Assembly (NCBI GenBank): GCA_002378195.1
Contig: DFRJ01000001.1
Location: forward strand, 29,517 to 93,516
Length of the DNA stretch: 64,000 nt
Source: Patescibacteria group bacterium UBA3466
Lineage (GTDB): Bacteria > Patescibacteriota > Minisyncoccia > Phycocordibacterales > UBA918
Direction of reading: 5' to 3'
Shown: positions 1 to 9,626 of the stretch, piece by piece
Position numbering within the stretch: position 1 is the stretch's first letter
Layout: every line of letters begins with the position of its first letter
Notes under the pieces: model-generated
Seen by the model: only the letters and a program-made list of their open reading frames with translations
The model's database searches: none
What the model was told of the DNA's origin: nothing
Made by a program: the position numbers and the translations under genes

Positions 1-79
1 GTTGCGAGCACTAAGTACCTGTCGTCTCGGCTCGCGGTTCGTTGCGGCGGGTCAAAGCCGCGCCTCACATTGCTCCGCC
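1..79 (-). repeat. Mosaic intergenic element, copy E, downstream of fusA
   Basis: The reverse complement of 1-79 reads ggcggagcaatgtgaggcgcggctttgacccgccgcaacgaacc...caggtacttagtgctcgc. About 49 of the first 56 positions match copy D at 43081, and the tail matches copy A at 51131 (gtacttagtgctcgc). The copy is cut by the window edge. Confidence 0.6.
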
Positions 80-110
80 CGGTGGCCGCTGTCAAAGCTA
101 ATCGCTTTAC

Positions 111-2273
111 CTATTCCGCGGCCACCCCTCTCGCCTTCTTAATTTCTTCAGCTACGTTTGGTGGTACTACTTCGTAGTGATCAAATTCCATCGTCATTGA
201 TGCTCGTCCTTGAGTCATTGATCGAAGGGTATTGGTGTAACCAAACATTTCTGATAGAGGAACTTTCGCATTAACGATAGTCTTTCCTCCTGCTTCTTCA
301 GTACCTTCGAGGATACCTCGTTTAGAGTTGATGTTTCCGTTTACGTCTCCCATGTATTCTTCTGGGGTTCGTACTTCAACCTTCATGATTGGCTCAAGGA
401 TAACTGGCTTCGCGCTGCCGGCGGCTTGCTTGAAAGCGTTGATTCCTGCTAGTTTGAAGGCGATTTCTGAAGAGTCGACATCGTGGTATGAACCATCGTA
501 TAGCTCAACCGAAACGTCTTCCATCTTGTATCCGGCAACAAAACCTCTCTCCATCGCTTCCCGACAACCCTTCATTACAGCTGGGATGTATTCCTGTGGA
601 ACCACACCTCCCTTAATGTTGTTGATGAATTCGAAGTGATCTTCTCGAGTAACATTCTTTGGCACTGTCTCATCTTCACCCAATGGTTCGAGTGGCTTGA
701 TGCGAATCTTAACGTGTCCGTACTGACCACGACCACCAGATTGCTTAACGTATTTCTCTTCACCTTCCGCTTCTTTCTGAATAGTTTCTCGGTAGGCTAC
801 TTGTGGCTGTCCGATGTTGGCCTCAACGCCAAACTCTCGCTTCATTCGGTCAACTAGAATGTCGAGGTGAAGTTCACCCATACCTGCGATGATAGTTTCA
901 AGAGTTTCTTCATCGGTAGATACTACGAAAGTTGGGTCTTCATCGGATAGTCGCTTCAAGGCAACACCCATCTTTTCTTGGTCGTTCTTGGTTTTTGGTT
1001 CTACTCGTACCGCTACCACTGGTGCTGGGAAGGTAATTGTTTCAAGAAGAATCGGGTTATCAAGATCACTCAAAGTGTGTGAAGTCTTCACTTCCTTGAT
1101 ACCTACCGCTGCAGCAATTTCTCCAGCGTACACTTCTTCTACTTCTTCTCGCTTGTCAGCCATCAGTCGTACGATTCGTCCGACACGTTCTTTTTGTCCG
1201 GTTGAAGCATTAAGAATGTATGAACCTGACTTCACTACTCCTGAGTACACACGGAAGAAAGCCAGCTGTCCAACGAACTTGTCGTCTTGCAGTTTGAAGA
1301 CAAGAGCTGAAAGTGGTTCTTCGTCAGAAGCCTTGCGGGCAATCTTGGTTTCTTCATCATTAGGATCTGTTCCTTCAGTGTCTGGTAGGTCGAGTGGTGA
1401 AGGAAGGTAATCTACCACTGCGTCTAGCACCAATTGCACACCGATGTTTTGTAGGGCAGTACCAGTCATAACTGGGAAAATTTCGTTTGCGAGTACAGCC
1501 TTTCGAAGTGTTGCCTTCAATTGTTCTGTAGTTGGCTCTTCGCCGCCCAGGTATGCTTCCATCAAAGCGTCATCGTGTTCTACTACTCGTTCGATAAGTT
1601 CTGCTCGACGAGTTTCAGCTTCGGCCTTGAATTCTTCTGGGATTTCGTCTTCCTTCACTTCCATTCCCATTTCGCCTTCAAAGTAGTACGCCTTCATAGT
1701 AATAAGGTCTACTACACCCTTCATGTCGTTTTCTGCTCCCATTGGGATTTGGATTCGACACGCTTTCTTTGATAGTCGTTCTTCGATTGACTTCACGGCA
1801 GCGTCAAAGTCAGCCCCCAGCTTGTCCATCTTGTTTACAAAACAAATTCGTGGCACGTTCGCTTCGTCAGCATAACCCCAGTTGGTTTCAGTTTGTGGCT
1901 CTACTCCAGCTGCACCGTCAAATACTACAACCGCACCGTCGAGTACACGCATCGATCGCTTTACTTCGGCCGTAAAGTCGATGTGTCCCGGAGTATCGAT
2001 GATGTTGAAAGTGAACATCTTGTCCTTGTTGGTTCGGTCAGTTTCTAGAGTCTTTGACCAGTTACAAGAAATAGCCGCCGCGGTAATAGTAATACCTCGT
2101 TCTCGCTCTTGTTCCATCCAGTCGGTAACAGTCTCACCATCGTGCACCTCACCGATCTTGTGACTCATTCCAGTGTAGAAAAGAATTCTTTCTGAGGTTG
2201 TAGTCTTACCTGCGTCTACGTGAGCAACGATTCCGAAGTTACGTAGTTTTTCGAGAGGAAATTCTCGTGCCAT
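111..2273 (-). CDS. fusA: Elongation factor G
   Basis: The 720-aa product starts MAREFPLEKLRNFGIVAHVDAGKTTT, a GTP-binding N-terminus, and EF-G family similarity runs the full length. Confidence 0.95.
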   Translation of the reverse strand: MAREFPLEKLRNFGIVAHVDAGKTTTSERILFYTGMSHKIGEVHDGETVTDWMEQERERGITITAAAISCNWSKTLETDRTNKDKMFTFNIIDTPGHIDFTAEVKRSMRVLDGAVVVFDGAAGVEPQTETNWGYADEANVPRICFVNKMDKLGADFDAAVKSIEERLSKKACRIQIPMGAENDMKGVVDLITMKAYYFEGEMGMEVKEDEIPEEFKAEAETRRAELIERVVEHDDALMEAYLGGEEPTTEQLKATLRKAVLANEIFPVMTGTALQNIGVQLVLDAVVDYLPSPLDLPDTEGTDPNDEETKIARKASDEEPLSALVFKLQDDKFVGQLAFFRVYSGVVKSGSYILNASTGQKERVGRIVRLMADKREEVEEVYAGEIAAAVGIKEVKTSHTLSDLDNPILLETITFPAPVVAVRVEPKTKNDQEKMGVALKRLSDEDPTFVVSTDEETLETIIAGMGELHLDILVDRMKREFGVEANIGQPQVAYRETIQKEAEGEEKYVKQSGGRGQYGHVKIRIKPLEPLGEDETVPKNVTREDHFEFINNIKGGVVPQEYIPAVMKGCREAMERGFVAGYKMEDVSVELYDGSYHDVDSSEIAFKLAGINAFKQAAGSAKPVILEPIMKVEVRTPEEYMGDVNGNINSKRGILEGTEEAGGKTIVNAKVPLSEMFGYTNTLRSMTQGRASMTMEFDHYEVVPPNVAEEIKKARGVAAE

Positions 2274-2431
2274 AAATATTAATTACTTATATATGTATAA
2301 ATTTACCTTCCTATAGATCCCAAATATGCTTTGCGTCGATAGAAAAAATTGCCCAAAGGCAAGTTGGCGATACTATACGTCAAAGACCCAGAAACTTCAA
2401 CCAAAATTTTATATAAAAACATTGACAAATT

Positions 2432-2466
2432 ACTATTCTTGTGATAATAAATATATAGTTTGTACA
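2432..2466 (+). promoter_or_regulatory. Sigma70-like promoter for the 2487 gene
   Basis: TTGACA is followed about 17 nt later by gataat, and a strong RBS (aaggagg) sits just before the ATG at 2487. Confidence 0.45.
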
Positions 2467-2486
2467 TCAAAATCTAAGGAGGAAGC

Positions 2487-2993
2487 ATGACAAACAACCT
2501 GCCCGCAGCAACGGTGTCCCGCAGCCTTGAGATAGCAGTCGCTCAAATTGATGTGTCCGGGCAACATCTGCTTAGACTGGTCAAAGACTTTAGTCTAACC
2601 GAGGCCAATGTCTATGACATGATTGAGATCGTTCTCGAACACGGAGCAAAACCACGGAGAATCCTGGAGCTTTCACGTGACCACGACTGCAATCTGCAGC
2701 TGGTTGACATGATCTACTCCGTTAGAAATGTACTGAGTAGTAAGGAAGACACACTGTCGCTCGAATTACTCGGTCGGCTGATCGCCCAGTACGGTGATTA
2801 CATCGACCTGAGTTCGGAGTCAGGTCTTCTGGATTTTGTTCGACAGATACTCGACGCCTCGGACGAGAAGTACATGGGTACAGCAATTACCAAATTCATG
2901 CTGATGGCTGAAGAATACGGTAACGATGATCCCCTCTTTCTACTTCAAATGCTTGAAGATGGGTTTATATATTCCCTAAATCAAGCAGTCTAA
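2487..2993 (+). CDS. Hypothetical acidic protein of 168 aa
   Basis: The ORF has a strong RBS and no recognisable motifs. A weak hairpin (gagcgtctc/gaggcgctc, 3001-3023) follows it. Confidence 0.5.
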   Translation: MTNNLPAATVSRSLEIAVAQIDVSGQHLLRLVKDFSLTEANVYDMIEIVLEHGAKPRRILELSRDHDCNLQLVDMIYSVRNVLSSKEDTLSLELLGRLIAQYGDYIDLSSESGLLDFVRQILDASDEKYMGTAITKFMLMAEEYGNDDPLFLLQMLEDGFIYSLNQAV

Positions 2994-3045
2994 GTTTTCG
3001 GAGCGTCTCTCAATGAGGCGCTCCCTTTGCCAAAGGGAGATACGT

Positions 3046-3954
3046 ATGGCAAGCAATAATCCTTTTGCGATAATTGGACTAAGCCCAGATGCAATGAGAG
3101 GTCTGTCTAACGCACAAATTAAGAAGGTTATTAAAAACCTTGTGAGAGGTTTGCAGTCTGTCCACCATGAAGATGTTGGTGGTAAGCCAGGCAAAATGTC
3201 AGAGATCAACGTTGCCGTTGACGCTCTGTCAGATCCAAAAGCTTTTGATAGGTACAAGAAGAAATACCTACACAAGTCTCCTCAGAAGAAAAAGATCTCT
3301 GAACTAGAGAACCAACTTAGGGAGACAGAAAAGGCTAGCCTGGAAGAAGCTAATCGACTTTGGGCATACATCACAACCCTCACGGGGCATAACATTTATG
3401 AAGGAGCGACTATTGTCTCTGCTCGAAATGTGTATGTAAGTGACGACGTGACCCAAATCAAGAGAAGATTCCTCCGGGGAACAGACTGGCATAAAATGGA
3501 TTCTCAGATTGAAGCATATACTTTTTACCGTATGTCCATAGAAACGGGCGTACTCACAAAAGAGTTTCTTCAGCAGTCTAGCCCTACATCGCCAGTTGAA
3601 ATTTTTCTTACTCGGAATGAATCAAGCGACGAAAGAGTTATTGTTGGATGTCTTAGCGAATCTGAAATCCGTAAACTCGGTGGTAGGGAATCAGTTCTCT
3701 TCTTACTACAGGGCGCGCGGGAAATTCCTAATGAGGGTATTGCCAAATTATCTGGTCTCGCCAGAGATAGGATCATTACCAATGAGTATCACGTCGACAA
3801 TTTTAAGGTAATTCTGCCTTTGTTGTCTCCAGAGATTACCATTGGCGGCATGCTTTTTTCTTTAGTGATTAATCCTAACGGTCTTAATCATATTGAATAC
3901 GATGGAAGAGTGGTCAATAGGCCAATAAACATCAGTAAGTATGGCTGGTTGTAG
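3046..3954 (+). CDS. Protein with a degenerate J-domain (HPD replaced by HED) and an unknown C-terminal domain
   Basis: The stretch NPFAIIGLSPDAMRGLSNAQIKKVIKNLVRGLQSVHHEDVGG...AVDALSDPKAFDRYKK follows the DnaJ J-domain helix pattern, with HED in place of HPD. The start was moved to the ATG at 3046, which has an RBS (aagggaga), because the track start at 3013 lies inside the upstream hairpin. Confidence 0.55.
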   Translation: MASNNPFAIIGLSPDAMRGLSNAQIKKVIKNLVRGLQSVHHEDVGGKPGKMSEINVAVDALSDPKAFDRYKKKYLHKSPQKKKISELENQLRETEKASLEEANRLWAYITTLTGHNIYEGATIVSARNVYVSDDVTQIKRRFLRGTDWHKMDSQIEAYTFYRMSIETGVLTKEFLQQSSPTSPVEIFLTRNESSDERVIVGCLSESEIRKLGGRESVLFLLQGAREIPNEGIAKLSGLARDRIITNEYHVDNFKVILPLLSPEITIGGMLFSLVINPNGLNHIEYDGRVVNRPINISKYGWL

Positions 3955-4000
3955 CACCACCTATTCAAATGGCGCTTTTGTTAAGCGCCTTTTTTCTTTT

Positions 4001-5332
4001 CTACCACCCCAACTTCTTCATTGCTTCGAAGACCCGGGCAAAGCCAGCGATATTCGCACCATTTACATAATCAATGTTTCCATCTTTGTCTTTTCCATAC
4101 TTCACACACTGATCGTGAATCTTGCCCATAATTTTTTTCAATTCTGCTTCCACCTCTTCACAACTCCATGCGTAGTGAGCAGCGTTTTGAGCCATCTCAA
4201 TTCCAGACACCGTTACCCCTCCCGCATTGGCTGCTTTACCAGGTGCAAACAGAGTTTTGTTTTCTCGCACTACTTCTACAGCTTCGTCATCAAGCGGCAT
4301 ATTTGCCCCCTCAACTATGAACTTGGCATGCTTAATCATTGCTCGAGCATCAACGCCGCTAACCTCGTTCTGTGTAGCGCAAGAAAAATATGCGTCGGCT
4401 GCTACTTGCTGCCAGGGCTTTCCTTCTTTGTATACAGCGCCATTAATCACAATTTCGCTCATATTTTTGCCGTTACCACGAGCCTCCACTATCGTATCTA
4501 CATCTTTATGAGTCAGGCCATCTTCCTTAAAGATAAAGCCACACCGATCAGACATAGTCATCACTTTCACGCCAAAGTCTGTTAGTTTCTTTGCAGTATG
4601 TGATGCCACATTACCGGCGCCCGACACTACAGCCGTAAGGCCTTTCATTTCAATATTATTTGCTTTGGCCAACGCTTCGGTGAAATACACCACCCCATTT
4701 CCCGTCGCTTCAGTCCGTCGACACGACCCTCCGAAAAGCTCATCCTTACCGGTTAGCACTCCCTCATTTCGATTAGTAATCTCTTTGTACATGCCGTACA
4801 TGTAACCTATCTCTCGCCCTCCTACTCCGATGTCTCCAGCGGGCACATCAGTTTCAATTCCAATATGGCGATACAATTCGAGGATAAACGCTCGGCAAAA
4901 AGATCGTATTTCGTTATCGCTCCTCCCTCGGGGATCAAAATCACTTCCACCCTTACCGCCCCCGAGACGAAGACCTGTAAGAGAATTTTTAAAGATTTGT
5001 TCAAAGCCCAAGAACTTCAAAACGTCTTCATTTACTGACGGGTCAAATCGCAATCCTCCTTTATACGGACCAAGAGCTGAGTTGAATTGCACCCGATAAC
5101 CAGTATTAATCTGTCGTTTCCCCTCATCATCTGTCCAAGTGACTTTGAAAGAAATGATTCGCTCTGGTTCGGTCATCCGTCGTATCAAATGGTAATCCTC
5201 ATCTGAAAAATCATGGTCGGTGACATAACCATCGATACTTTCATATACTTCTTTTACTGTCTGCAAGAAGGTTTTTTGGTGTGAGTGCTTTTCAAGCAAA
5301 TCACTATAGATGGCTTGTAGTTCGGTATTCAT
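4001..5332 (-). CDS. gdhA: NADP-specific glutamate dehydrogenase
   Basis: The product carries the GGGKGGSDFDP motif of the Glu/Leu/Phe/Val dehydrogenase family and is 443 aa long. Confidence 0.9.
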   Translation of the reverse strand: MNTELQAIYSDLLEKHSHQKTFLQTVKEVYESIDGYVTDHDFSDEDYHLIRRMTEPERIISFKVTWTDDEGKRQINTGYRVQFNSALGPYKGGLRFDPSVNEDVLKFLGFEQIFKNSLTGLRLGGGKGGSDFDPRGRSDNEIRSFCRAFILELYRHIGIETDVPAGDIGVGGREIGYMYGMYKEITNRNEGVLTGKDELFGGSCRRTEATGNGVVYFTEALAKANNIEMKGLTAVVSGAGNVASHTAKKLTDFGVKVMTMSDRCGFIFKEDGLTHKDVDTIVEARGNGKNMSEIVINGAVYKEGKPWQQVAADAYFSCATQNEVSGVDARAMIKHAKFIVEGANMPLDDEAVEVVRENKTLFAPGKAANAGGVTVSGIEMAQNAAHYAWSCEEVEAELKKIMGKIHDQCVKYGKDKDGNIDYVNGANIAGFARVFEAMKKLGW

Positions 5333-5484
5333 ATTTGGTAAGTATAACTGATTTTTAACTACTTGAATTACACACTGAAATAAACTTCCGTTATATCCGT
5401 ATGTAAAGTAGACTTAACATCAATGCAAGGACACTGCATATATATACTTACTCAAAATCAGTAATAATATTTCATCCCCAAACA

Positions 5485-5691
5485 ATGAAAGAGAACATCA
5501 GTAATCAAGTGCAAGAGCTTCGGAAGCAGGCAAAATTAACGCAAGTTGAGCTAGCTGAGACAGTCGGTGTTACCAGACAGACAATCATCTCGATTGAGAA
5601 AGGTAACTACGTACCGTCGATTGCCCTGGCCCTGAAGCTCGCTCAAGCTTTTAACACTTCAGTGGAAGAAATTTTTTATCTAAATAATTAA
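5485..5691 (+). CDS. XRE-family helix-turn-helix transcriptional regulator
   Basis: QVELAETVGVTRQTIISIEKG is a classic Cro/C1 helix-turn-helix, and the protein is 68 aa. Confidence 0.85.
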   Translation: MKENISNQVQELRKQAKLTQVELAETVGVTRQTIISIEKGNYVPSIALALKLAQAFNTSVEEIFYLNN

Positions 5692-5697
5692 ACGTCT

Positions 5698-6054
5698 ATG
5701 ACCAAACACGCCATCCTACCAATCGTTGTATCTTTGCTCGCCCTAGCCTTTGTTGATCCATTTATGTACTGGATGCCGAGCCATTCAACATGGTTTTTAC
5801 TTGGGGCACTATTTCTAACCACAGTGATTTACGGTTTTTTTATCATGACCGAACGAGTCAGCGATGAACGTGAAGTATCGATCCGAGCTTTTTCCGACCG
5901 AGTATCGAGCCTGGTCGGGATGGCTCTCCTGGTCATTGTCATTGCCTGCCAAGCCTTCAAAGGAGGCGTCGTCTCTACCGAAGTGGCCGTGATTTTGGTA
6001 ACGATGATTATTTCCAAGTCCGCTGCTCAGTGGTGGGCTAATCACAAGATGTAA
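5698..6054 (+). CDS. Small membrane protein partnered with the XRE regulator
   Basis: It has three predicted transmembrane helices and lies 7 nt downstream of the HTH gene on the same strand. Confidence 0.6.
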   Translation: MTKHAILPIVVSLLALAFVDPFMYWMPSHSTWFLLGALFLTTVIYGFFIMTERVSDEREVSIRAFSDRVSSLVGMALLVIVIACQAFKGGVVSTEVAVILVTMIISKSAAQWWANHKM

Positions 6055-6058
6055 CAAT

Positions 6059-8143
6059 ATGAACGAAACTAAAAAATACGACATCGTAGTAATCGGAGCT
6101 GGTTCGGGTGGACTAACTTCAGCAGTAGGTTTTTCAAAGATTGGCAAGAAGGTGCTCCTGATAGAAAAAGAACACATGGGTGGCGAATGCACCAACTCTG
6201 GCTGTATTCCTTCGAAAGCACTTTTGCATCACGCGAAAGCATACCACCAGGCTCTGAAGGTGGCAGGAGGTGGCGCGAAAAGCGAAGCTTTTCGCGCCGA
6301 CGCATTTACCTATGTGCGAAACACCATTAACAACATTCTAAAAGAAGAAACCCCCGAAACCTTCGAAAAGATGGGTATTGATGTGGTGATGGGGGAAGCT
6401 GAATTTATCTCAAAGTGTTCAGTCAAAGTCGGTGATATGGTGTACGGATACAAGCGCGCGATAATTGCTACTGGTTCCCATCCGCGAAACCTAGAGATTG
6501 ATGGACTTAGTAAAACTGATGTACTCACTAATCAAAACATCTTTGATCTCGATGAGGCTCCAAAAAGTCTACTCGTAATTGGAGCCGGTCCGATTGGACT
6601 AGAAATGGGACAGGCTATGGCCATGCTCGGCAGCCGAGTCACCATAGCCACCATCGATAATGAATTTGGTAGATTAGAAGACAAAGCTATTCGACCAAAA
6701 CTAAAAGCAGCCTTCACAGATCTAGGAATAAACATCAAGCTCTCTGCCTTTATCAAAAAAGTCGAAGGTAAAGAAGCTATCTTTGAAATTAAAGACGGTG
6801 ACCAAGTAGTGCGAGAAGAACGAGTGACGTTTGATAAGGTCCTCATCGCTGTCGGACGAGTACCCAACCTGCCACCCGGACTAGAGGCAGCTGGCATCAA
6901 GCATGACGATCGCTGCATCATGGTCGACAGCCAGCATCGCACATCAAACAAATACGTGTTTGCTCTTGGTGACGTTGCGCAGCGCCTGAAGTTTACTCAC
7001 ACCGCTGATGATACTGCGCGGCAAGTAGTGACTCATGTCGCTAGTAAGGGTCTAGTGCGAGTAAACAAAAAGAAGGCGGTGCCGAAGGTTACCTACACTT
7101 CGCCCGAAGTCGCTCAAGTCGGCATGTCAGAGGCAGCAGCTGACGCCAAGTTTGGTACCGACCGCATCATGCGCATTGAAGTCCCATTTTCAACCAATGA
7201 TCGCGCCAAGACCGACGAGGCCACTGACGGTATGTTGGTAGTAACCGCCCGACGTCTCAATGGAGCAGTGCTCGGTGCCCACATCATTGGGCCAGCGGCT
7301 GGTGAATTGATTACAATCTTTACTCTGGCCATTGATGAAAAAATCTCGCTCTGGAAATTGCAGAAATTAATTTACGCCTACCCGACTTATTCGTTGACAG
7401 TTAAAAAAGCTGGCGACTATTTTGTAGCTCAACAGTTAAAGGATATTAAGGTCGATATTAAAAAAGCTATTAAACGAGCGCTTCCAAAAATTATTGCAGG
7501 CGTGTTCTGGGCGGCTTTGATTTATCTATTTCAAAGTTATCGTATCGAAAATAATTTATCGTACAAAGATGTCCTGTTTGAACTAATTCACTTTTTCACT
7601 AGTACAGCCTGGGGTCCTTTGGTATACATTGTGTTATACGCCGTTCGTCCACTGATATTGTTTCCCGCCACCCTGCTCACTGCTCTGTCAGGGGCACTGT
7701 TTGGTTTGTGGTGGGGTATTATTTTCACTGTCATCGGAGAAAATGCTTCGGCCAACTTTGCTTACTGGATTGGGCGTTTCTTTGGTAAAGACTTGAAACT
7801 AGAAGACACCATTATTGGTAACTGGGTTGAAAAATTACGCAGTAACAGTTTTGAAGCTGTCCTCTTAATGCGCCTCTTCTATTTCCCATTCGATCTAACT
7901 AACTACGGTTCTGGTGTAGTTAAGGCAAAATGGAACGAGTACTTCTTCGCTACCCTCATTGGCATCATGCCGGGGCTGACCACTTTTGTTGCTCTTGGAG
8001 CAGCAGTTGATTTGGAGGAATTCCGTACCATGGGACTAACCTTCGACGCCTTAGATCCAAAATTCTTGGCTTTATCTGTCACAATTTTTATCACTTCTCT
8101 ATTTTTATCCAAATTCCTAAAACGCTGGAAAGCGGAGATGTAA
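6059..8143 (+). CDS. Fusion of an FAD-dependent pyridine nucleotide-disulfide oxidoreductase with a DedA/TVP38-family membrane domain
   Basis: The N-terminus has DIVVIGAGSGG and GGECTNSGCIPSK, a redox-active CxxxxC. The C-terminal roughly 230 aa has multiple transmembrane helices and the DedA-like stretch LFPATLLTALSGALFG...GENASANFAYWIGRFFGKD. Confidence 0.8.
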   Translation: MNETKKYDIVVIGAGSGGLTSAVGFSKIGKKVLLIEKEHMGGECTNSGCIPSKALLHHAKAYHQALKVAGGGAKSEAFRADAFTYVRNTINNILKEETPETFEKMGIDVVMGEAEFISKCSVKVGDMVYGYKRAIIATGSHPRNLEIDGLSKTDVLTNQNIFDLDEAPKSLLVIGAGPIGLEMGQAMAMLGSRVTIATIDNEFGRLEDKAIRPKLKAAFTDLGINIKLSAFIKKVEGKEAIFEIKDGDQVVREERVTFDKVLIAVGRVPNLPPGLEAAGIKHDDRCIMVDSQHRTSNKYVFALGDVAQRLKFTHTADDTARQVVTHVASKGLVRVNKKKAVPKVTYTSPEVAQVGMSEAAADAKFGTDRIMRIEVPFSTNDRAKTDEATDGMLVVTARRLNGAVLGAHIIGPAAGELITIFTLAIDEKISLWKLQKLIYAYPTYSLTVKKAGDYFVAQQLKDIKVDIKKAIKRALPKIIAGVFWAALIYLFQSYRIENNLSYKDVLFELIHFFTSTAWGPLVYIVLYAVRPLILFPATLLTALSGALFGLWWGIIFTVIGENASANFAYWIGRFFGKDLKLEDTIIGNWVEKLRSNSFEAVLLMRLFYFPFDLTNYGSGVVKAKWNEYFFATLIGIMPGLTTFVALGAAVDLEEFRTMGLTFDALDPKFLALSVTIFITSLFLSKFLKRWKAEM

Positions 8144-8146
8144 AAA

Positions 8147-8234
8147 CCAAAAGGCCGGCGCGCGACCAAATTTTTAAGGAGTTTACGACTATAAAAATGG
8201 AAGTACTCTTGTGGTGAAGGCGCCGGCCTTTTAG
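8147..8234. terminator. GC-stem terminator hairpin with a 50-nt insertion in its loop
   Basis: The stem is ggccggcgc/gcgccggcc, as in the other terminators here. The loop holds aaggag, 8 nt, then atg gaa gta ctc ttg tgg tga (MEVLLW*). A T-run follows. Confidence 0.5.
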
Positions 8235-8235
8235 T

Positions 8236-8535
8236 TTACAAAATTTTTATTGAAAAACTTACTTCTTCACCCGCACTGATATCTTCATCTCGCCTGACCT
8301 TAGCTTTCACTGGAAGAATAAATGACTCGGCTGGTTTGCTATAAAACATTGAGGTCTTCCAGACCATCTGGCCGATCTTCACCTCAACTTTAATCGAAGC
8401 AAAACCTTTTAGACTAGACCCAAAGTCATTCCGAATCTTTTGTCCGTCTTTTTTAGGTATAGATAAAAAATGCCAATTCGCAGACTCCCCTGGCCACAGC
8501 CAGAGCTTTTGCTTAAATTGATAATTTCGTTTCAT
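8236..8535 (-). CDS. DUF1905-like small protein
   Basis: The LWLWPGESANWHFLSIP start resembles the DUF1905 family, and the protein is 99 aa. Confidence 0.45.
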   Translation of the reverse strand: MKRNYQFKQKLWLWPGESANWHFLSIPKKDGQKIRNDFGSSLKGFASIKVEVKIGQMVWKTSMFYSKPAESFILPVKAKVRRDEDISAGEEVSFSIKIL

Positions 8536-8536
8536 C

Positions 8537-9472
8537 CTAATTTACCTCAAGCAGATCCCCCGACTCTAAAGCCGGTGGCAATGTTTCACCTCCGACCCCT
8601 GGCGCTTCACAGATCATTGAACATACGTCCATACACATCTCCGCCTCAGGACCACAAGCGCTACCGCACTCATTAAAAAGGCCGCCCTTCATCTCACAAT
8701 CTGATCTATACTCTTCCATCTGACTTACATCTTCACCATAGCGAATCGGGAAAGGAGACCAGGGATCATCAATCACTTCGACATATCTCTGACCGTTGTG
8801 AACACACTGACGTGGATAAGATTCCATGACAGGGTTACCGGCGGCAACACAATCAACGAACGAATCTACTTCCAAAGAATCCCCCGACGGACACTCAGCA
8901 AACTCACAGTTTGGACCGGTCCTCCCAACAAAAGAGCCGTCAGGGCACATCATGGCATCGGCCGTACAAGCCACCGGCTGTGAGCCGTAATGTGGCGGTA
9001 ACACAGCGGGCTCTTTTAATTTATCGATCAGATCATCAGCTGTTATATCCTTGGTGCGAATATCTAAGCGGGTAGTGACATTACTCATGATGGCGTTGTA
9101 GCCCGCTTGTGTAAGCGCACCGGCTGCAGAGTGCGGCATTGTCTCACCCTCTAAGTCGTGTACCACTTGCTCTCGTTCATGTACATATATACCAATTTCT
9201 GCTTCGGCTCGATCAAAATCTGCTGGAATCAAGCCAGGCAATACTTCCATCAGCATAGCTGGCTCAACCCCTTCAATTGGTTGTCCTAGCTCGGATATTA
9301 CCAACTCTTCTGCGGCCACCTTAAACTGCTCTGACTTTGATGGTTGTTTCACCGCTTCAGCTGGCGTCTTTTCAGGTTGGTCGAAATGATATTTCTCTAT
9401 AAGCTGCCAAAACACCAACGCCATAAAAGCCAAAATTATAAAACCGGAAATTATCTCAAGAGTTTTTTTCAT
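8537..9472 (-). CDS. Membrane-anchored, cysteine-rich extracytoplasmic protein
   Basis: There is an N-terminal transmembrane helix, and the C-terminal 150 aa contain roughly 20 cysteines. The gene abuts the 8236 gene. Confidence 0.5.
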   Translation of the reverse strand: MKKTLEIISGFIILAFMALVFWQLIEKYHFDQPEKTPAEAVKQPSKSEQFKVAAEELVISELGQPIEGVEPAMLMEVLPGLIPADFDRAEAEIGIYVHEREQVVHDLEGETMPHSAAGALTQAGYNAIMSNVTTRLDIRTKDITADDLIDKLKEPAVLPPHYGSQPVACTADAMMCPDGSFVGRTGPNCEFAECPSGDSLEVDSFVDCVAAGNPVMESYPRQCVHNGQRYVEVIDDPWSPFPIRYGEDVSQMEEYRSDCEMKGGLFNECGSACGPEAEMCMDVCSMICEAPGVGGETLPPALESGDLLEVN

Positions 9473-9626
9473 ACTACTAATGATGCCTCCAATTATTTTT
9501 TACGCAAGCTCAGTATGCACTTAATCATGACGAGAACTCTCTGCTTTACAAAGCTTTCACCTCCCCTCTACCGACACCTATTTTTTCTGGCTTCTATGTC
9601 AATCGATTGACATAGAAGAGTAGGTA

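Noticed and set aside
328-2163. Many plus-strand ORFs of 60-170 aa antisense to fusA, with similar antisense ORFs inside gdhA, pilB, comEC and others
   Set aside because: They are shadow ORFs within well-supported long coding sequences. They lack RBSs and have low-complexity composition.
3013-3045. Track start codon at 3013 for the J-like protein
   Set aside because: The ATG lies inside the stem of the upstream hairpin and has no RBS. The ATG at 3046 has aagggaga 5 nt upstream.
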